A stretch of 21,553 nt of DNA from Octopus sinensis (taxonomy: Eukaryota), in NCBI RefSeq assembly GCF_006345805.1, contig NW_021823679.1, positions 1-21,553 on the forward strand. Direction: 5' to 3'. A model generated the notes under the pieces. That model was given only the letters and a program-made list of their open reading frames with translations, did not search any database and was not told the origin of the DNA. Positions 20,565-21,553 of the stretch are shown one piece after another (the stretch's first letter is position 1; each line of letters opens with the position of its first letter). The translations under genes and the position numbers were made by a program.

Positions 20565-21553
20565 CTTTTGTTATATTTCTGCTGCTTTTAAATGAAGCAT
20601 ATTACTCTACCTCTGGTATTTGAGTTCACTGTTTTCCACCTTGTTTCACATTCATGTGCTTACTCCGGTATGTATATATATATTATATATATATATTATA
20701 TATTATTTATATATACGCATACACACACACACACACACACACACTCAGACATACTCTCTCACACACACATACATACATGTGGTGTGTGTAAGTGTAGTAG
20801 TATGTGATCTGTTGATTGACTAAAAAGGGCTCACACTGAAAAAAAAAAACTATTTCCAACCCCACTACAGACAACGCACACACAGCATTACAAACACATC
20901 CTTTACACACAACTTCACAAACTCGGACTACCAAAAGCGCTAGACACGTGTATTGGCCCCAAATTTTAACAAACATTTATTACATCTGAACTGTGATATT
21001 GTTCTTATAATTTGACATTTTATCATGTATACATTTGTTATTTTCATTATTGCGTAACGTTAATTCTGCCAAGGAAGGTGTGTAGTAGTTTGTGATATGT
21101 AGCTAAAATAGTTGAATGATCGATCTTGCAAGAAGCTTTATGGAGTAATCTCCCTTTAATAAGTCTCTCAAAACATCTACGTCATGAGAAGTAATTCTTA
21201 ATTATTCAAGAAGCTTCGCGTTTCTCTTGGAAGTTTCTAGAATGTCTAGCGTTCCATTAACAAAAACAGTTTGCTTGCTCTGCTCTTCGCTTCTTAGTCG
21301 ACTAGACTCTGAGCCATTCACGTCGTTGCTATGCCTGCCTATTTCTCTATGCCATATGACTGAAAGCCACCACTTAGCTGTTATTTCTACATTTCCTATC
21401 GCTGAACGTTCTTGCATAGATTACTTCATTCAACTAGATTCTACATTTTGATTATATTTCATCAATAACCAATGAATAAAATATATTTTTATGTAGTAAA
21501 TATATAGTTCTTAAATTCCTTCTTCTTTGTAAGAATTCTTCTAATAATATACA

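Larger units (their letters stand above)
20431..20587. repeat. near-perfect palindrome, 78-bp arms, 1-nt centre (20509)
   Basis: Reverse complement of 20431-20508 equals 20510-20587 except for two single-base indels. Confidence 0.97.

Noticed and set aside
20791-21100. ~21-bp direct repeat GTGTAGTAGTWTGTGATMTGT about 290 bp apart
   Set aside because: Low complexity and no element-like features between the copies.

Overview
AT-rich, repeat-saturated eukaryotic non-coding DNA (intergenic or a large intron). The SINE families and microsatellite load are what I associate with a coleoid cephalopod (Octopus-like) genome; that assignment is inference. I cannot support any intact host gene: almost all listed ORFs are translations of microsatellites or SINEs. 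The window holds three tRNA-derived SINE types (about 15 full or partial copies), two Dong/R4-type non-LTR retrotransposon relics, a twice-inserted (TAA)n-associated element, DNA-transposon relics and long simple repeats. The most notable signals are: (1) five minimal hammerhead-ribozyme motifs from three sequence families, of the Penelope-like-element type, four of them arranged as two head-to-head inverted pairs, one pair forming an almost perfect 157-bp palindrome (20431-20587); (2) three dispersed 34-bp minisatellite arrays whose unit is a near-exact copy of a segment of one SINE family but which each sit in or beside pieces of a different SINE family.
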